Assembly: GCA_040954595.2 (NCBI GenBank)
Contig: CM082576.2
Span: forward strand, 15,795,028 to 15,859,027
Direction: 5' to 3'
DNA length: 64,000 bases
Source: Balanoglossus misakiensis
Lineage: Eukaryota; Animalia; Hemichordata
Shown: positions 63,837 to 64,000 of the stretch, piece by piece
Layout of the letters: each line of letters starts with the position of its first letter
How positions within the stretch are numbered: the first letter of the stretch is position 1
Position numbers and translations under genes: made by a program
Notes under the pieces: generated by a model
What the model was told of the DNA's origin: nothing
The model's input: only the letters and a program-made list of their open reading frames with translations
Databases searched by the model: none

Positions 63837-63992
63837 ACTGAAATTTCGAATAACTTCCGACGTCTTCGGTGTATTGGTCGTCAGCACAGGTCTTGCATTC
63901 TAGTTGGGCTTCCAGATTTTGGTATGTATTGGCGCCACAGAATGTGCACTGGTTGTCTGTCACGTTGTAGTAAGTTCCAAAAGGACAGATTA
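63837..63992 (-). CDS. Exon encoding an Ephrin_rec_like (GCC2/GCC3-type) cysteine-rich repeat of a neighbouring SVEP1/SCUBE-like extracellular protein
   Basis: Phase 1-1 exon of 156 nt (ttccag|...|gtaagt): ICPFGTYYNVTDNQCTFCGANTYQNLEAQLECKTCADDQYTEDVGSYSKFQ(C). Confidence 0.85.
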
Positions 63993-64000
63993 CTGGAATA

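Overview
AT-rich animal genomic DNA, probably a marine invertebrate (inferred from the transposon repertoire). Most of the window is one large multi-exon, minus-strand RNF213/mysterin-like gene. Its exons run from about 42.5 kb (candidate 5' exons up to about 57-62 kb) down to 190, and the gene continues off the left edge. The AAA+ motifs are intact, but both E3 zinc modules deviate from consensus: the RING has lost its second Cys, and the RZ finger has CxC spacing and no GGxxH histidine. It also has a UBA-like insertion and two GC-AG introns. The introns carry many transposon-derived elements: a 1.7-kb near-perfect foldback element with IS3EU-type ends, Kolobok/Harbinger/pogo-type MITEs, a Crypton remnant, and a degenerate RTE LINE split by a 7.2-kb stack of Helentron-type non-autonomous elements (HINEs) that appear to be nested in one another. 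The right edge holds the 3' end of a second minus-strand gene (Ephrin_rec_like/GCC repeat plus transmembrane exon) with competing splice acceptors that would give secreted or membrane forms. All calls come from manual reading and recalled family motifs; no database searches were run.
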